DNA of 64,000 nucleotides from Camelus dromedarius. Taxonomy: Eukaryota. The translations under genes and the position numbers were made by a program. The notes under the pieces were generated by a model. The model saw only the letters and a list, made by a program, of their open reading frames with translations, was not told the origin of the DNA and made no database searches. Below, piece after piece: positions 14,381-32,088 of the stretch; the stretch's first letter is position 1; each line of letters opens with the position of its first letter. Where the stretch lies: the NCBI RefSeq assembly GCF_036321535.1, contig NC_087437.1, forward strand, positions 52,578,001 through 52,642,000, read 5' to 3'.

Positions 14381-15745
14381 GAAAAAAAGAAAGAAGTGTG
14401 GTCTATTATATATACCTTTTTTCTCCCACTGTTTAGGTTAGTTAGGTTGGGAGGGTGCCCTGGCTTTTGAAGTTACCTTCTGTGGAGCAGTGTATACCAT
14501 CTTTCTCCCAAGAAATGAGATGTGTCTAAATGCCAGTTCATTGTACTGGGCTCAGTCATTCTCAAATCTCACAGCGGACAGGCACCTCTCAGAGCTCCTC
14601 TCCCTCCTAAGAGCAGCTGCGTGACTAACTTGTGGCCACTTCCCTCCTGCCTTATTCCAGCTCCCTCACCCTGTCACACACACACAAACACACACACAGC
14701 TCAATTTTGGGCCCTATGCTCTCGTTTAAGGGAAAATGAATATAACTCTAAAGAAATGGTATGGAGAGATTCAAAAATGACTCAGAAGAGTTGTACATAA
14801 ACACGATGACAGAATGTGTATGTTTTTGTGACTAAGAATGTGGGTGCCAGTTCATGTCTCTATTTTGTTGGCAAAACAGCACAGCGAGCTCATCCTATCT
14901 CTCTACAGATAACCCAAAGAGCTTCTAGGAATTCTGACACTGCAGTGCCTACACCAGAGACCACCTCTCGAAAGAAGTGCTTATGGTAATGTCCTCCAAC
15001 CTGATTCTTCCCGTTTAAACAGTATAAACATGTTTAAAGAAACTTAGTTTGCTTACAAAATAAGTAGTATGTGTGGAGAAGAATTAGGAATGGGGAAAAA
15101 AAGCTGTCAAGTACCCCGAACCCCAACTGGGTCATGTGATAATCCTGAACAATGCTTGTGAATGGGAACAAGAAGAAACCCCCATAAAGAAAACTCATAA
15201 AGTTCACATTTCTTCTTTTGCTATCAGTTATGATTCAAACAGTAAATACTTACTGAGAATCTACTAAATGCCAGGCATTGTGCTAAGTGTTTAGAAACAA
15301 ACACTGTGTGTTATTTTCTTTTAAAAACTGCCTATTAATAAAATGCAATGCATTTGAATTGTAGATATAGGTGGGAATTTTATATATATATATATATATA
15401 TATGAGTCATCTAGGAACTCTAATATTTTAGTAAATGAACACTCATAAAGGTTCTTCTTTGGGCTAACAAATCCTCTCTCTGAATAAACAGGCTTCTAGT
15501 TAATGAATCTGCTAGTAGTCCCTTTCCCAGATATGATATACACTATGTTAAGAGCACATGCTTAGAGGATGGTTTAGTAATATTAATCTCTCCATTAGGA
15601 AGAAGTCCTAAGAACTGCTGGATTCATCCTACAATCACTTATGAGCACAACCTCCAAATGAAAGCCTTAGCTCTGATTCGACACAGCAGAGAAATGCTGC
15701 TGCCTGAAGGAGCATGAGCAAACCCCTGAAAGCTGAGCTACTTAC

Positions 15746-15874
15746 AGCGAAAGGGTGGTAGGGGGGAGCGGGGGGGGCTCCTCGGGGCCCTGCTGGTGGA
15801 GGCAGCACGGACAGTCCTGTTGAAAAGATGCCAAGTGCGCTGAGGTTCAACCCCGGGATCAGATTGGCTTGTTG
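15746..15874 (-). CDS. IGF2BP2: IGF2BP2 exon 10 ([43 protein letters not shown]), 43-aa cassette exon
   Basis: 129 nt, phase 0-0; acceptor tcctag|CAA, donor GCT|gtaagt. Confidence 0.95.
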
Positions 15875-16249
15875 CTAGGAATAAAAATGGAGAGAAAGTT
15901 GAGGGGAGGAGACTAGAGAGGCCCAGCTTGCCTGGACAGCCTCCGTCTCTTGTCTGGTTGGCACCAGTGTCTCCTCATTGGCTCTGCCCTGGCCCCGTGG
16001 ACCTCTTCCCCACCTTGCTGCCAGGGTGGGCTCTCCAAAACTCAACCTGATCATGATGGTCCTTCAAAGCTTCTCTGCAGCCTTGAGAGTCTGCACATCT
16101 TAACACAGCAAACAAGGCTCTTCCTGGGGCCCTAGGCCAGCTCACCAGGCTCTCTCCTGCTAGTCCCACCTTATCCCAGTCCTGCCCTGTCCTGCAACTC
16201 TCGCCTCTGGACCCCTGAACACACTGTCTACCTTGCAAAAAAATGTGCT

Positions 16250-16555
16250 TCTCTCCCCCCCTCACCTGGCTACATCCTACTTGTCATGTGGTTTCACCTG
16301 AGCGTGGGTGTCCCCTCATCCGGGAAGCCTGCTCTCACCCTAAAGGTCTCAGCGCAAGTGCCCTGTCTGTGCTCTCCTCACGTGCCTATGCTTCCCTAGA
16401 ACAGCACTTGTCACATGGTACTTGAACTGCCTGTGGAGCAGCCTTTCCCCCTAATCAGGCCACAAAGTTCTTATGGACAGACTGTCTTGCTTAGGGTCGC
16501 GAGCTCAGTGCCTGGTACATAGTAAGTACTCAGTAAATATTTGCTGAATGAATAT
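16250..16555 (+). mobile_element. L2 LINE 3' remnant
   Basis: cagtgcctggtacatagtaagtactcagtaaatatttgctgaatgaat is the canonical L2 3' terminus. Confidence 0.65.
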
Positions 16556-17394
16556 GTTTAAAACATATTGGATTAATAGTTTTTTCTAACTCTATTCAGG
16601 GAAAGATCAGACCCTTCAGTAGGATACCATATATGTAAACTCTATTATCCAGATTTGGAATGGTTCACAACTTTGGCTTTTTTACCATTTAGTTGTCAGC
16701 TCTGTGATCATCTCACTTGCTTATTTCTCACTTAAACATGAGGATGCTCACAGAGGCTGGGGGTGAGTTTGAACTACACCATCCTTTCAGAGGCAGAGGG
16801 ATGCAGCCTCTGGCCTATATCCAACCTGTCCCATCAATGCCTCCCCAAACACAAGCAATTCTCTAACATTTTCACTTTTCTTATCTGTGGCTCTAGGGTC
16901 ACCCAGTAACTTGCTTTCTTTTAGAATCTCTGGAAGAGGAAAGCTAGGATCCTTAACCTTTATCCCACTGATGTGTAAGATCTAATAGTCTTGTTACTCC
17001 TCTAACAATGCATGACTTTACTACAGACATGAATGAATCTAAGTGATGTATATGCTCAGGTGAAGATTCTGGGGACACCCAAAAGCTTTGCAGCATTTCT
17101 GGGTGTTCACAGAAAGAGCTGTTTATCATAAGATATCAAGAGCCTAAAAGAAGAAAATGAGATCAGTGGATGATACTTCGACAGACAAATATACACAAAT
17201 AGGGGAGAAGGTCACACCACAGTCTTCTCATTGTGTCCCTCAACTGCCATGTGACGTGGGCTGCTGAGGGTATTTAGGGTGACGTGGGAGATAGAGTGCC
17301 GACCTGAGTAAGGAGGCCCTGTGCAAAGTGCTGCAGTGAGGGAACTGGGGCTGTGTTTAACCCACCTAGTCCTTTGTCAACGTTTACTCCTCTG

Positions 17395-17589
17395 TGAAAT
17401 GTTACGAAATTTGGGATTTGCTTCAAAGTCATCCTAGGGGTGTGGGGATGCGGATGAAGGTTCAGATGAAACAAAACAGGTCATGAGCTGTCAACTGCTG
17501 AAGCTGGATTATGGACATATGAGAGCTTATCATAGTATTCTTTCCTGTTTTGTGTATGTTAAAAAATCATTCTCATAAAAAAATAAAAA
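17395..17589 (+). mobile_element. Old L1 (L1ME/L1MC-type) 3' end with preserved TSD
   Basis: ctgctgaagctgg...tttgtgtatgtt...cataaaa plus A tail; direct repeat tttactcctctg at 17383-17394 and 17590-17601. Confidence 0.65.
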
Positions 17590-18104
17590 TTTACTCCTCT
17601 GAGCTGAGTTTGGGCTTTGATTGATGGACAAATATTTTTAAGATTTCTGAATGCCAGAATGGTGTCCTCCCATTATGAAGTTGGAACTAGGTAGTAATAA
17701 CAGGAAAGATAAACCCAAATCAGTCTGCTAGAAGTTTCAGAGCTGAGGAGGGTGACAACATCTACTGGGCAATCTACAAGAACAGATCAGTAAGCAAGAG
17801 ATGAAGATCAGAAGTTAATTTTAAAGTAAGTATGTATTTTTTAAATTGGAAAGTAGGGGGAAAATAATCCCACTTTTCTAACGTATCAGCCATTCTGATT
17901 TTTATATGTAGCTTTCCAGTCATTTTGATCCATATTACTTTGCATAATTATAACCCTAGCTATATATATACTTACATATACTCTTAATTAACAATATATA
18001 ATAAGCAATTCCTTATTTAAAAATCTTCAAAGTCACCATTTTAATGGCTTCACACTATGTTGTCCAGTGTATTTATCATATTTTTCTAGTTGGTTTCCTG
18101 ATTA

Positions 18105-18434
<330 letters not shown>

Positions 18435-18755
18435 TCAAAAGGAAAAATAAAATTCCAGAAGGATCACAAACAAGTCTTGGCGGAAGAGGTGGAGAGAAGA
18501 CTGGATTCCCTCACCACACACTGTAGCATAGAATATCTGCCATCTTATCTCAAATCTTTGCAGTGACTTAGATCATATCCGTAGAAGAAAATCTTTGACT
18601 GGTAACTATTATGTATTTGTTTTGATGGTGCTGAAGATAATTATATCACTCACAATTACATTTTCATTTTAAGGGAAAGCAGATGAATGAGATGGACATA
18701 TCGAAATTCTCAAATTCTCCATTATTGGGCACAATTAATCTGAACAAGTGGCTTA

Positions 18756-22926
<4,171 letters not shown>

Positions 22927-22929
22927 CCC

Positions 22930-23100
22930 CAAGGAAGGTAAAGCAGAGGAAAAAAAAGTCATGAGACTTTGAGTATATGATTTTACTGACCTTGCAGTTA
23001 CTCTACCTTAGGACTATGTGACATCGTAATTGTTTCTTACTGCTTGAGCCACTTGTGATGTTCTACTATTACTTGAGACCAAAATCATCTAACAGATCCA
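22930..23100 (+). mobile_element. MLT1 LTR 3' part
   Basis: tttcttactgcttgagccactt...tattacttgagaccaaaatcatctaacagatcca resembles the MLT1 3' terminus. Confidence 0.5.
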
Positions 23101-23149
23101 TTACTACTGCCCCCAAATAAATGGATGCTTGAAGAAGCTCCATTAGAAC

Positions 23150-23585
23150 ATAACTTTCAGAGGGCAGGGTATTCCATCAGCTTTGTTCACTGGCACACAG
23201 AACAGTGCCTGGCATATAGTACATCCTCAAAAAATATTTGGTAAATGAATAAAAAGAAAGTTTAGGATCTCTATTCTCCTACATCCTCCACCTCCCACTC
23301 ATCCTCTGCAGTGTTCAAGTTAAATGTCACTTACACAGAGAGGCCTTCCCTGAACCCCCCAAGTCTCTTCCTGTCCCTCTAAAACCTTTGACTAGGGCCG
23401 CCAGTCACCTGCAGTCATTTCCACTGCAGCACTTCTCATGGCTGTGCTGCACTCCTTACTGATGTAACTATTAGTTTAGCAGATGTCTCTCCCACTGGAC
23501 AAAGCAGGAACTGGATCTTGCTCAGGGCTGCAGCTTCAGCCCCCAGCTCAGTGCTCAGCACAGTGAGGCACTCAAAAAATTTTTT
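23150..23585 (+). mobile_element. L2 remnants (two 3' ends)
   Basis: aacagtgcctggcatatagtacatcctcaaaaaatatttggtaaatgaat and cagtgctcagcacagtgaggcactcaaaaaat. Confidence 0.55.
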
Positions 23586-24338
23586 CTTAGATATTCAAAC
23601 TCCATCTTCCCTCTACATGAACATTTTAAAAATTCAATGTATACAACAGTCTTCTTGGTTATTTAGAATACCGTAAGACACTTACACCTAGGTCAGAGGA
23701 CCAAGGAGGGTATTATTTAAAGTTCTCAATAACTTGGATGAGGGAGGAGCTTCTTTAAGTTAAGCCACAGCGTTTGATGGGTTTCAAAAGCCCCAAACTG
23801 TAAATAACTCATAAGTGAAAGGTCAGAGTCCCTTATGAGATCTAAGAATAGACTTAAAATGGTTTTCTTTTAAGAACTACTTTCTTTCACCTTTCTGGTT
23901 TTGGAACGCTATTATTTGAGATTATTTGCTAAATTAGTTTTGTATTTGATTCATCCCTCACTGCTTCTTTATAAAACTGCCACACTTGCCTATAAGCAGA
24001 TTTTGCCAAACTGATACAGAACCTTTTAAAAAATTATTATATTGTCTATCTCATTACCATTAATTTGTTTATAACACAAAGTCAATTGGTTTAGTAAAAA
24101 CTGTATTTGTCATTCAGATTGGTACAACACTCTGGAATGGTAAGAAATATTTTATAAAAGAAAGGCACAGGGGTGGGGGGAGATAGAAGAAAAAAGAAGA
24201 AGAAAGTAGCCATTCAGATACCAGTTTCTACTACTTAAGCAAATGCAATCCAACTTTAAAAGCATGCGAGTGGCTTAGGAGCATGGTGGAAAAATCCTTT
24301 TCCAGCATTGTAAATGATGGTTTTGATGACAGTGTACA

Positions 24339-24709
24339 TTCTATACCTGCGCTGTCCAATAAGACAGCCATCAGCCATACATGTGACTATTTAAATCTGA
24401 ATAGATTAAAATATTCAGCTCCCCTACTGCACTAGATACATTTCAAGCACTCATGTTGTAACAGCATGTGGCTAGTGGCTATCATACTGAACAGTGCAGG
24501 TATAGAACATTTTCACCATTGCATGGATTTAAAAAATTTTTTTTTATTATTGTGTTATTTAATTATTTTATCTTGTGGGGGGGTAATTAGATTTATTTAT
24601 TTTTAGAGGAGGTACTGGGGATTGAACTCAGGACATTCTGCATGCTAAGCATGCGCTCTACCACTTGAGCTATATCATCCCCTCATTGCATGGATGTGGA
24701 CAGCACAGT
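24339..24709. mobile_element. MER3-like hAT MITE, interrupted by a SINE
   Basis: ctgcgctgtccaat...catgtggctagtggcta...acagtgcaggtatagaacattt...tggacagcacag; inverted arms 24339-24360 and 24486-24507 (19/22 match). Confidence 0.7.
24529..24683 (-). mobile_element. tRNA-derived SINE (Vic-1-like), intron 7
   Basis: A and B boxes on the minus strand; perfect 12-bp TSD cattgcatggat at 24517-24528 and 24684-24695. Confidence 0.9.
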
Positions 24710-24979
24710 CTTAATGTTCCTACCAATGATTTTCACCAGTTAGTGAGAAGCATTAGGATCACCAAGAGAAACATACAAGTAGAAGAACAGCCATATTATA
24801 AACATAAAAGATCTATTTCCACTGTATTCTCTTTAGGAACAAATTTCGTAAAAATAATCCCTTCCCTGCTCCCTTTACTGAGCAACAGATTTACAGCTTT
24901 CTAAAACTTTCCTGGGTTAAATGAATGGGAACCTACTCTTCTTCTCTGTTGAGTGGTCCATGCATTGCATGCAAACTTA

Positions 24980-25129
<150 letters not shown>

Positions 25130-26932
25130 TCAGGAGCCATAGCACAACGTCATCTGGGACTGGATCCTAGTCCCAAGAACGCATCGCACCAGCAAATGTA
25201 CAGCAAGGACACAGACAGACATGGAAGTATCATTAGCACAGCTGCAACCAATGCCATTCTCCAAGAAGGTGGCAAGCAGTGCAGGGGGTCTTGTGCCAAA
25301 CCTGAATTCTTTGCAGCTCCATCTAGAAAGGAGTATTTCCTACAGGAGTGCTATTGGACAACCTCCAAGCCAACGTGGTAATGAAGCCAGTTTGGTAAAT
25401 GAAGTATTTTGTGTAGTCTTTCAAATGATCTTAGAAGTGAAGAGTAAAGTGAGCGGGGTAATACTGCATGCTGGCACAGCGCCGGTCTCCGAACTGATGG
25501 CAGCTTTTAAACGCCATGTTAATCCAACTCTATACACCAAATTCAAGCAAGCTTTATATATCTGAGTGCGGACAGAAAACAGAGGCATGCCCTTTCTCTG
25601 CCTAAGTTTTTGGTTTCCTTGCCACTGGCAGCTTGCCTTCTTCCAGGCTCTTAAAACTACTGGCTCAAAAGCTTGATGACTTTATCAGACTTCTTGGGGT
25701 AGTTGTGGCTCTACTTGTTTTCGTTAACATTCAAAATCACATAATTGATGGCATCCCTTTCTACTTTGGCTGTTAGAAAGCCCAGATCCAAGTCTTTGGC
25801 CTATTTCTGAAAAATGGGCACACACTTTGAGACTAACCTCACTTCTACTTAAACTTCTTCCATTTTTAAAGCCACTTTAGATAATTCTTTGAAGCAAAGT
25901 TGGAGGGGGAAAAAAGGACTCATTTTAAAATAAAGGAAACATCACACAGTACTTCCCCTCTCTCGCATCTCATCATTTCACTCCTATGATTTGAATTCTG
26001 AGACTCGTAAGTGTACATTATTTGGAAGTAACTCAGGCACTTTGAAGAATATAGTGTTTTCTCTTTCAGGTTACAAGATACTCAATGACCTGAATAAAAT
26101 GCACTTGTCATGTAAATAACTAATATTTGTTAGTACTTTGGTGCTTTGTAATTTAAGTGCTTTCACAGTAATTATTCCATTCAATCTGCCTGGCTGTCCT
26201 AATTCTCAAAATAACCCTGGCTTAGAGAAGAAGCAACTGATGCTCAGAGAGCTTGAAGTTTTTAAGATCATATAGCTATTAAGTGGTAAAACCTGAACAA
26301 GGGTCTTCGTTTTCAAGTCCTGTGTTTTGTTCATTATATCGTACTGTGGTCTTATGACATACAAAAATCAACAACCCCACAAGTCACTTTATCTACTGTA
26401 ACTCAATCTCCTCAAACAGAGAACTCAACATAAGGATAATGTGCTTTATTTCTTGCTCAATGTAACAGTGACTCACCCACTTCCTTTATGTAGCTATCTG
26501 TGAGACTACCTAGGTGGTCTCAAAGAATGACTACCATTCAGGGCTCTGACTCAGGAGAGGAGGCAAGAGCTAAGATAAGTGGGTTTTAGGATCCCATAAA
26601 GTTCAGCCCCATACCTCTGCTGTTTTAAAAATATGAAGATGTATTCACAGGCATCAGCTTGTGAGAACAATTCTTGACTGTGAGGTCATTAGTACTTTTT
26701 TTATGAATTATTAGTGTTTCAGGGTACGACCTTTAGGTCATGGGTATGAAAGCTCATTAAAGCCTCTGGCTTTATGTTAGTCTGTTAGTAGTTCTGTTTA
26801 AAGAAGCCACCGTCCCATATAGCACAGCCCCCCACTGCTGATGCAAGCAATAGCAATCGGGGAATGGCCGGGACCCACCAGCACTCAGGGGACCCCTCAG
26901 AAGGAAGCAAAGGAAGCCCCGGAGGCACGTAC

Positions 26933-27205
26933 CGGGACTGGGTCTGCTTAGTGATGTTCTTTATGGTCAAGCCCTCCTTTCCGATGATGGCACCAACAAA
27001 CTGGGTGGGGACCAGGATCCGCAGCGGGAAATCAATCTGTCTGGCCTGAGAAGAGCCCCCAGGGCCATGGCCTTGCTCCCGGGAAGAGTGGTCCCCACGC
27101 TGGGCTCGCTGAGGGGGCGAAGGGGAGCTCACCTCTTCATCCGGGATGTAGGAAATCTTGAAGGAGTAGTTCTCAAACTGATGCCCGCTTAGCTTCTCGA
27201 TGGCT
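26933..27205 (-). CDS. IGF2BP2: IGF2BP2 exon 6 ([24 protein letters not shown]...[35 protein letters not shown]), end of RRM2, linker, KH1 N-terminal part
   Basis: 273 nt, phase 2-2; acceptor tttcag|AGCC, donor CCG|gtacgt; GKEG loop. Confidence 0.97.
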
Positions 27206-27600
27206 CTGAAATGCAGCAGGGGCAAGCGAGCTTTGTTAGGGAACAACATCAGAAAGGACCCTCCCATCAGTGGCTGGTTCATTCACTCTCGTTTACTAGC
27301 TGCCTATGTGAACGCCACCCTCAACACTGAGGATGCAGCGGTGAGCAAGGCAGATGCCACCTCTGCTCCCTCAGAGCTTACAGGTAACGATTAGATAAGT
27401 AATCATACTGTAAAGGCCTGGTCAGACTTGACATACAATTTTCCATTCTGCTTTTTTCATCACATAAAGCTGTATCCCCCTCATCAAAAACTCTTTGCAA
27501 ATGTCAGTATAAAATGAACTCTTTTTAAAAAGCTTTAATCATAATATGTAGTTATTGAAAATTCAGAAGTAGATAAACACAGATAAGAAAAAACCCTTCG

Positions 27601-27742
27601 GGGGGGAGGGTATAGCTCAGTGGTAGAGTTCATGCTTAGCACGCATGAGGTCCTGGGATCAATCCCCAGCACCTCCTCTAAAATAAAAATAAATGAGCCT
27701 AATTACCTCCTTCCATCCCTCCAAAAAAAAAGAAAAAAAAAA
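27601..27742 (+). mobile_element. tRNA-derived SINE (Vic-1-like), intron 5
   Basis: ggggggagggtatagctcagtggtagag...ggtcctgggatcaatccccagcacctcc followed by aaataaa, ctaattacc and an A tail. Confidence 0.9.
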
Positions 27743-29321
27743 TCCTAGTCCATCCTCTATATGAACATATTATTTATTAAAGTGGATTAATATAATATAT
27801 ACTACTTTATAACCTTTAAAAAAAACAGTTAATACTCTAAACACTTTTCCAAGTGATTAAATACCTTGTGATTTAATTTTTACTTGCTATTTAACATTCT
27901 ATTGATTTACCATCATTTTTGCAACTGACTGTTGTTAGATAGATATATATGGTTATCTCTGATCTTTTACTATTGTATGTAGTGTTGTCATGGGCATCTT
28001 TGCAACTACAATTTTGCACACAGGACAAATTCCTAGTGGAATTGCTGGGTCAGAGAGTATGCAGAATTTAACATCTTAAGTTTGCTCAGTGTCCTTCTGG
28101 AAAGGTTTCAATATTTACTATCCCATAGCAGTTAAGAGAGCATTTATTTCCTTGAATCTTCAAAAGTACACAGTATTATTATTTTCAAAGATTTATCAAT
28201 TTGATAAATCCCACTACTGCATCTTAAAAATTATACATGAAGTACAATTTTTTCACATGTTTTGGCAGCACGTGAAAACATTAACCCTAGTCTACTAGGT
28301 TAGTGTTTAGGGTCTGTGAATTTATTACAAAGCAGCATCTTTTGAACTCAGTAAAAGCAACAAAGTAGTATCATGCACAGAAGTCCTACCAAAGGAGCAG
28401 CTAGACAAGAACTGCAAAGGTGGGCTGTTGATATGTATCCTGCTTACATACGTGTACAGAAGTCAACAGCAAATGAACTATTGCCTTTTTTAATGCAAAA
28501 TTAACAACTTGAAAACTAGTAGTATGACAATGGGTTAAATATGTCTTCACGGGTGTTGAAACACTGAAAAAAAAATAGAACTATAATCCTGGGATGTACA
28601 AACAACACGGATGTCATGCCACATCCATAAAGCATGACCACATGTGGCCACAATTCTAATTATGATGACCCGACAGGCACTTCATGGACCTCCTATAAAA
28701 AGGAACTTGTTTTTGTTGTTTAAAAAAATTAAATCCCATGTCTGTTAATAGCCACGCTCACAATTAACCACCATTGAAGCAATGCAACCATGAATGGGAC
28801 TGGGAAGTGAATGTGGGTAGGAAAGGGAACCCGAGCCAGCTGCTCTCTGATGAACCACTCCCAGATGACAATGCTCCCTGGGGCTGATGTCACTGAGGTG
28901 GATCCCCTTTTAATATTTGGAGGGGGAAAATGAGGTTCCAGCATCCCATCAGTAAGTGTGGACAGAAACGGGCTTGGGCTTCTTCCTCAGGGGGCATGGA
29001 GGAGGCTCCAGGGGAAAGTGGTTCCCAGTGATTGTCAAAACAGACTCTGGGGACAGCATCACAGATGTGGCCCTCTATTCCTGACTATGTCAAGACACAG
29101 CTCCCACCTCAGTTTTGATACCAAGGCTCAACATTTTTTAAGATAAAATCTCTGTATAATCAACAGACACCCTGGTATAAATGCCCTGGGGCTCCACTGA
29201 TATGTCAAAGATCTGCATCTTTCCAGAAAAGGTTTATAAACACAGCACTCAACGGAATTCAGACAGGCTTCCCCCCATTCCCCTCCCAAATTTAAAACGA
29301 GACAAGAGCAAATCCACTTAC

Positions 29322-29385
29322 GTTTTTGCTTCTTCTCTTGTTGCATATGTGACGTTCACAACGGCAGTTTCTGTGTCTGTGTTGA
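29322..29385 (-). CDS. IGF2BP2: IGF2BP2 exon 5 (NTDTETAVVNVTYATREEAKT), RRM2
   Basis: 64 nt; acceptor tcctag|TCAA, donor AAC|gtaagt. Confidence 0.95.
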
Positions 29386-30956
29386 CTAGGAAAGAAGCAA
29401 AAACTACATTGTCATAGAAAAAAAAAAAAGCTGCTACCCTCTGGTTCAATGTAAACCGATTTACTTTAGAGAAAAATGCACAAAAAGCCCCGTATTGCCC
29501 TAACTCTAAAGTTATTTGAATCTGTATCTTTATTCATGTGCATTCATAGTAATTTGTAATCAATTGTACATACAGCTCAAAGCTATATTTTCATTTATTT
29601 TAACAACACTTTTGCATGTGTATATATACATGTAAATTTTCTTTGGATTTTTCATTTTTAATACCTATATGAAACTGCAGTAGATGTGCCATGATTTTTG
29701 CCTAACCATTCCTTAACTGTTGATAAATGGGTTGTTCTCAGTATTTGTTATTCTAAATAGTGTTGCTAAAAAAAAAACACCATTGTTGCAAATATCACTT
29801 AATTTCTATTCTTCTAAATTACTTTTTATAAGGGTAATTGAGAAGAAAAATAATTGGGTAAAAGAACATAATGCTTTTTAGTGATTCTTTTCAAATTATT
29901 CTTCTAGAAGTTTGTATAAATTTATTGTACCACTATCAGGGTATGAGTTTTAATTGTTACAATTTGCATTTATTTTTAAATAACTAGATATGTGTATAAA
30001 GTAATAGTATCTTAATTTTAATTACTCATTCATAGATAAGGCTGAACTGTTACTATTTTTGTTCCCCTTTGACTGAACTCATTGACTGTGTGAGTTAAAC
30101 CGAGTAACTGTACAATAAATAAAGAACACTGACAATTCCAGCTCACTTGGCTCCAGGGGAGAACACATAAACTCTGAAAGTGGCTAATAAGAGATCACGC
30201 TTGTGAGTTGGCTTATCTTGATTTGTAATTGTTTGCCTCTTCTCCCAAACTCAGATGTTAAAAATAAATTCAAAAGGCAAGATAAAACTTTCTCAATCCA
30301 AGTCAGTAAACTTAAACCAAAAATACTGGTTTCCCCAAAACCAGCAGTCATGACTAAATCAAATCCTCCCCAATTAAAACATTTACACTATTGGGAGACT
30401 TGGAATTAACAACAATAAGTTGAGGATAATTCAAGAAAACCATAATTGAGCTGTTTTTCAAAGTAATAACAAAACCCTATAGTGCAGGGATTCTTAACCT
30501 TTGATCCGTGTTAAAAGCTTCAGGAAATTCACCTCCCTACCCACCTGCAAAGATTCAAATTTGTGTATATATGGATTTTTCTGGTTCATAATCTCTGTAA
30601 GATTCTCAAAAAGGTTAAAGACCACTGTTATCCAATAACTTCAAAGTAGCTGCAGCCTTTACAGGGACCGGACACGTAATCCTCAGGAAGGAACTGCGAC
30701 TGAGATTTACATGTCATAAACACTGAGCCCAGCCCTGGGAGCATTTGTATTGCTCTCCAATACACAGTTACCCAGAGAAGACCTCACAGTGCAAAACAGG
30801 GGATGTGCAGCCCATGACCGCCCCCTCTCAGCGCTGACATATACAGTGCTACAGAGGGCTCATATCTGCACTTTGTAGCACTACAGGTGAGACTGCAGAC
30901 TCCCAGAAAGTGAGAAAGGGCTGGGTTTGAACCTCCTGAATAAAGCCATCCACCAG

Positions 30957-31453
30957 AAATGAAAGAAGCCAGTCTGAAAAAGGCTACAAACTGTATGATT
31001 CCAACCAAATGACATTCTGGAAAAGGCACAGCTACAGAAACAATAAAAAGATCGTGGTTTCCAGTGGTTTGGGGAGAGGCAGGGAGGAAGGAATGAATAG
31101 ATGGAGCACAAGGGATTTTTAGGGCAATGAAATTATTCTGTATGATACTATAGTCATAGCTACATGTCATTATGCATTTGTCAAAACCCATAGAATGTAC
31201 AACATCAAGAGTGAACCCTAATGTAAACTATGGACTTTGGTTGATAATAATGTGCCCATGTTGGTTCATTGAATGTACCAAATATGCCACACTGATGAGG
31301 AATGTTGAGGGTAGAGGAATATATATGTGTGGGTGGGGAGGGCTATGTGCAAACTCTCCGTATTTTCTGCTCAATTCTGTTGTGAACCTGAAGCTGCTCT
31401 AAAAGAGTAAAGTCTATTAAAAAAAAACCAAAAAACCAAAAAAACAAACAAAA
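30957..31453 (+). mobile_element. L1MC-type 3' end with TSD
   Basis: gaaagaagccagtctgaaaaaggctac...gtgaaccctaatgtaaactatggact...gtaaagtctatt plus A tail; TSD aataaagc(c/t)atccac(c/t)ag at 30939-30956 and 31454-31471. Confidence 0.85.
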
Positions 31454-32088
31454 AATAAAGCTATCCACTAGGAGTCTCAGATTCTGATTTTGATCTCACT
31501 TCTTAGTCATATTCTTTGTTCTTCAAAGATGTTTGTCTTCAGGAAATCAGACAGTTCTGTGATTCTGGGAAGAACTGAGCTCCATCTGAATACTTTATTT
31601 CATTGGATATGAAAGTTCTATAGTTTCTTAAAGCTCTACTGAAAATGTTTTCCTGCTGAATCAGGAATCACCTATGAAACAGAACAAAACAAGAGCCCAA
31701 CATGTCTACCCTGTAGTTGTGAGGCAGCTGGACACTGGGCTCTCTCCAGGGCACAGGTGCCCTCGGAGCTGGAAATTGCCCCAAGGACCTGGAATATTTC
31801 TTCCTTGTGTGGCGTTGTCCTGAGTTTATAACATGGTCTTAGCTAGTAACTTTTACAGGTTCATGTCTGAAAGGCCACCTTGCCTACTATGTCCAATCCT
31901 TATCAGAATGTCTTCTTTTCCACATTGAGGGAAATAACAAGAACTGAGAATCAAAATCCTTGTAAACCATGTCTTCTTTCTGAACTCTTCCCCCTCAACT
32001 TGAGATGGGCAAATTTTTCACAGCGTTAAGAGCATCTGAATATTTGTGGAGTCAAGAGCATCTGGATAATTACTGCTTTAAAACTATT

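Noticed and set aside
27601..27680. tRNA gene (A-box tagctcagtggtaga and B-box-like motif)
   Set aside because: Followed by a SINE body and A tail, with three diverged sibling copies, two of them with perfect TSDs; it is a tRNA-derived SINE.
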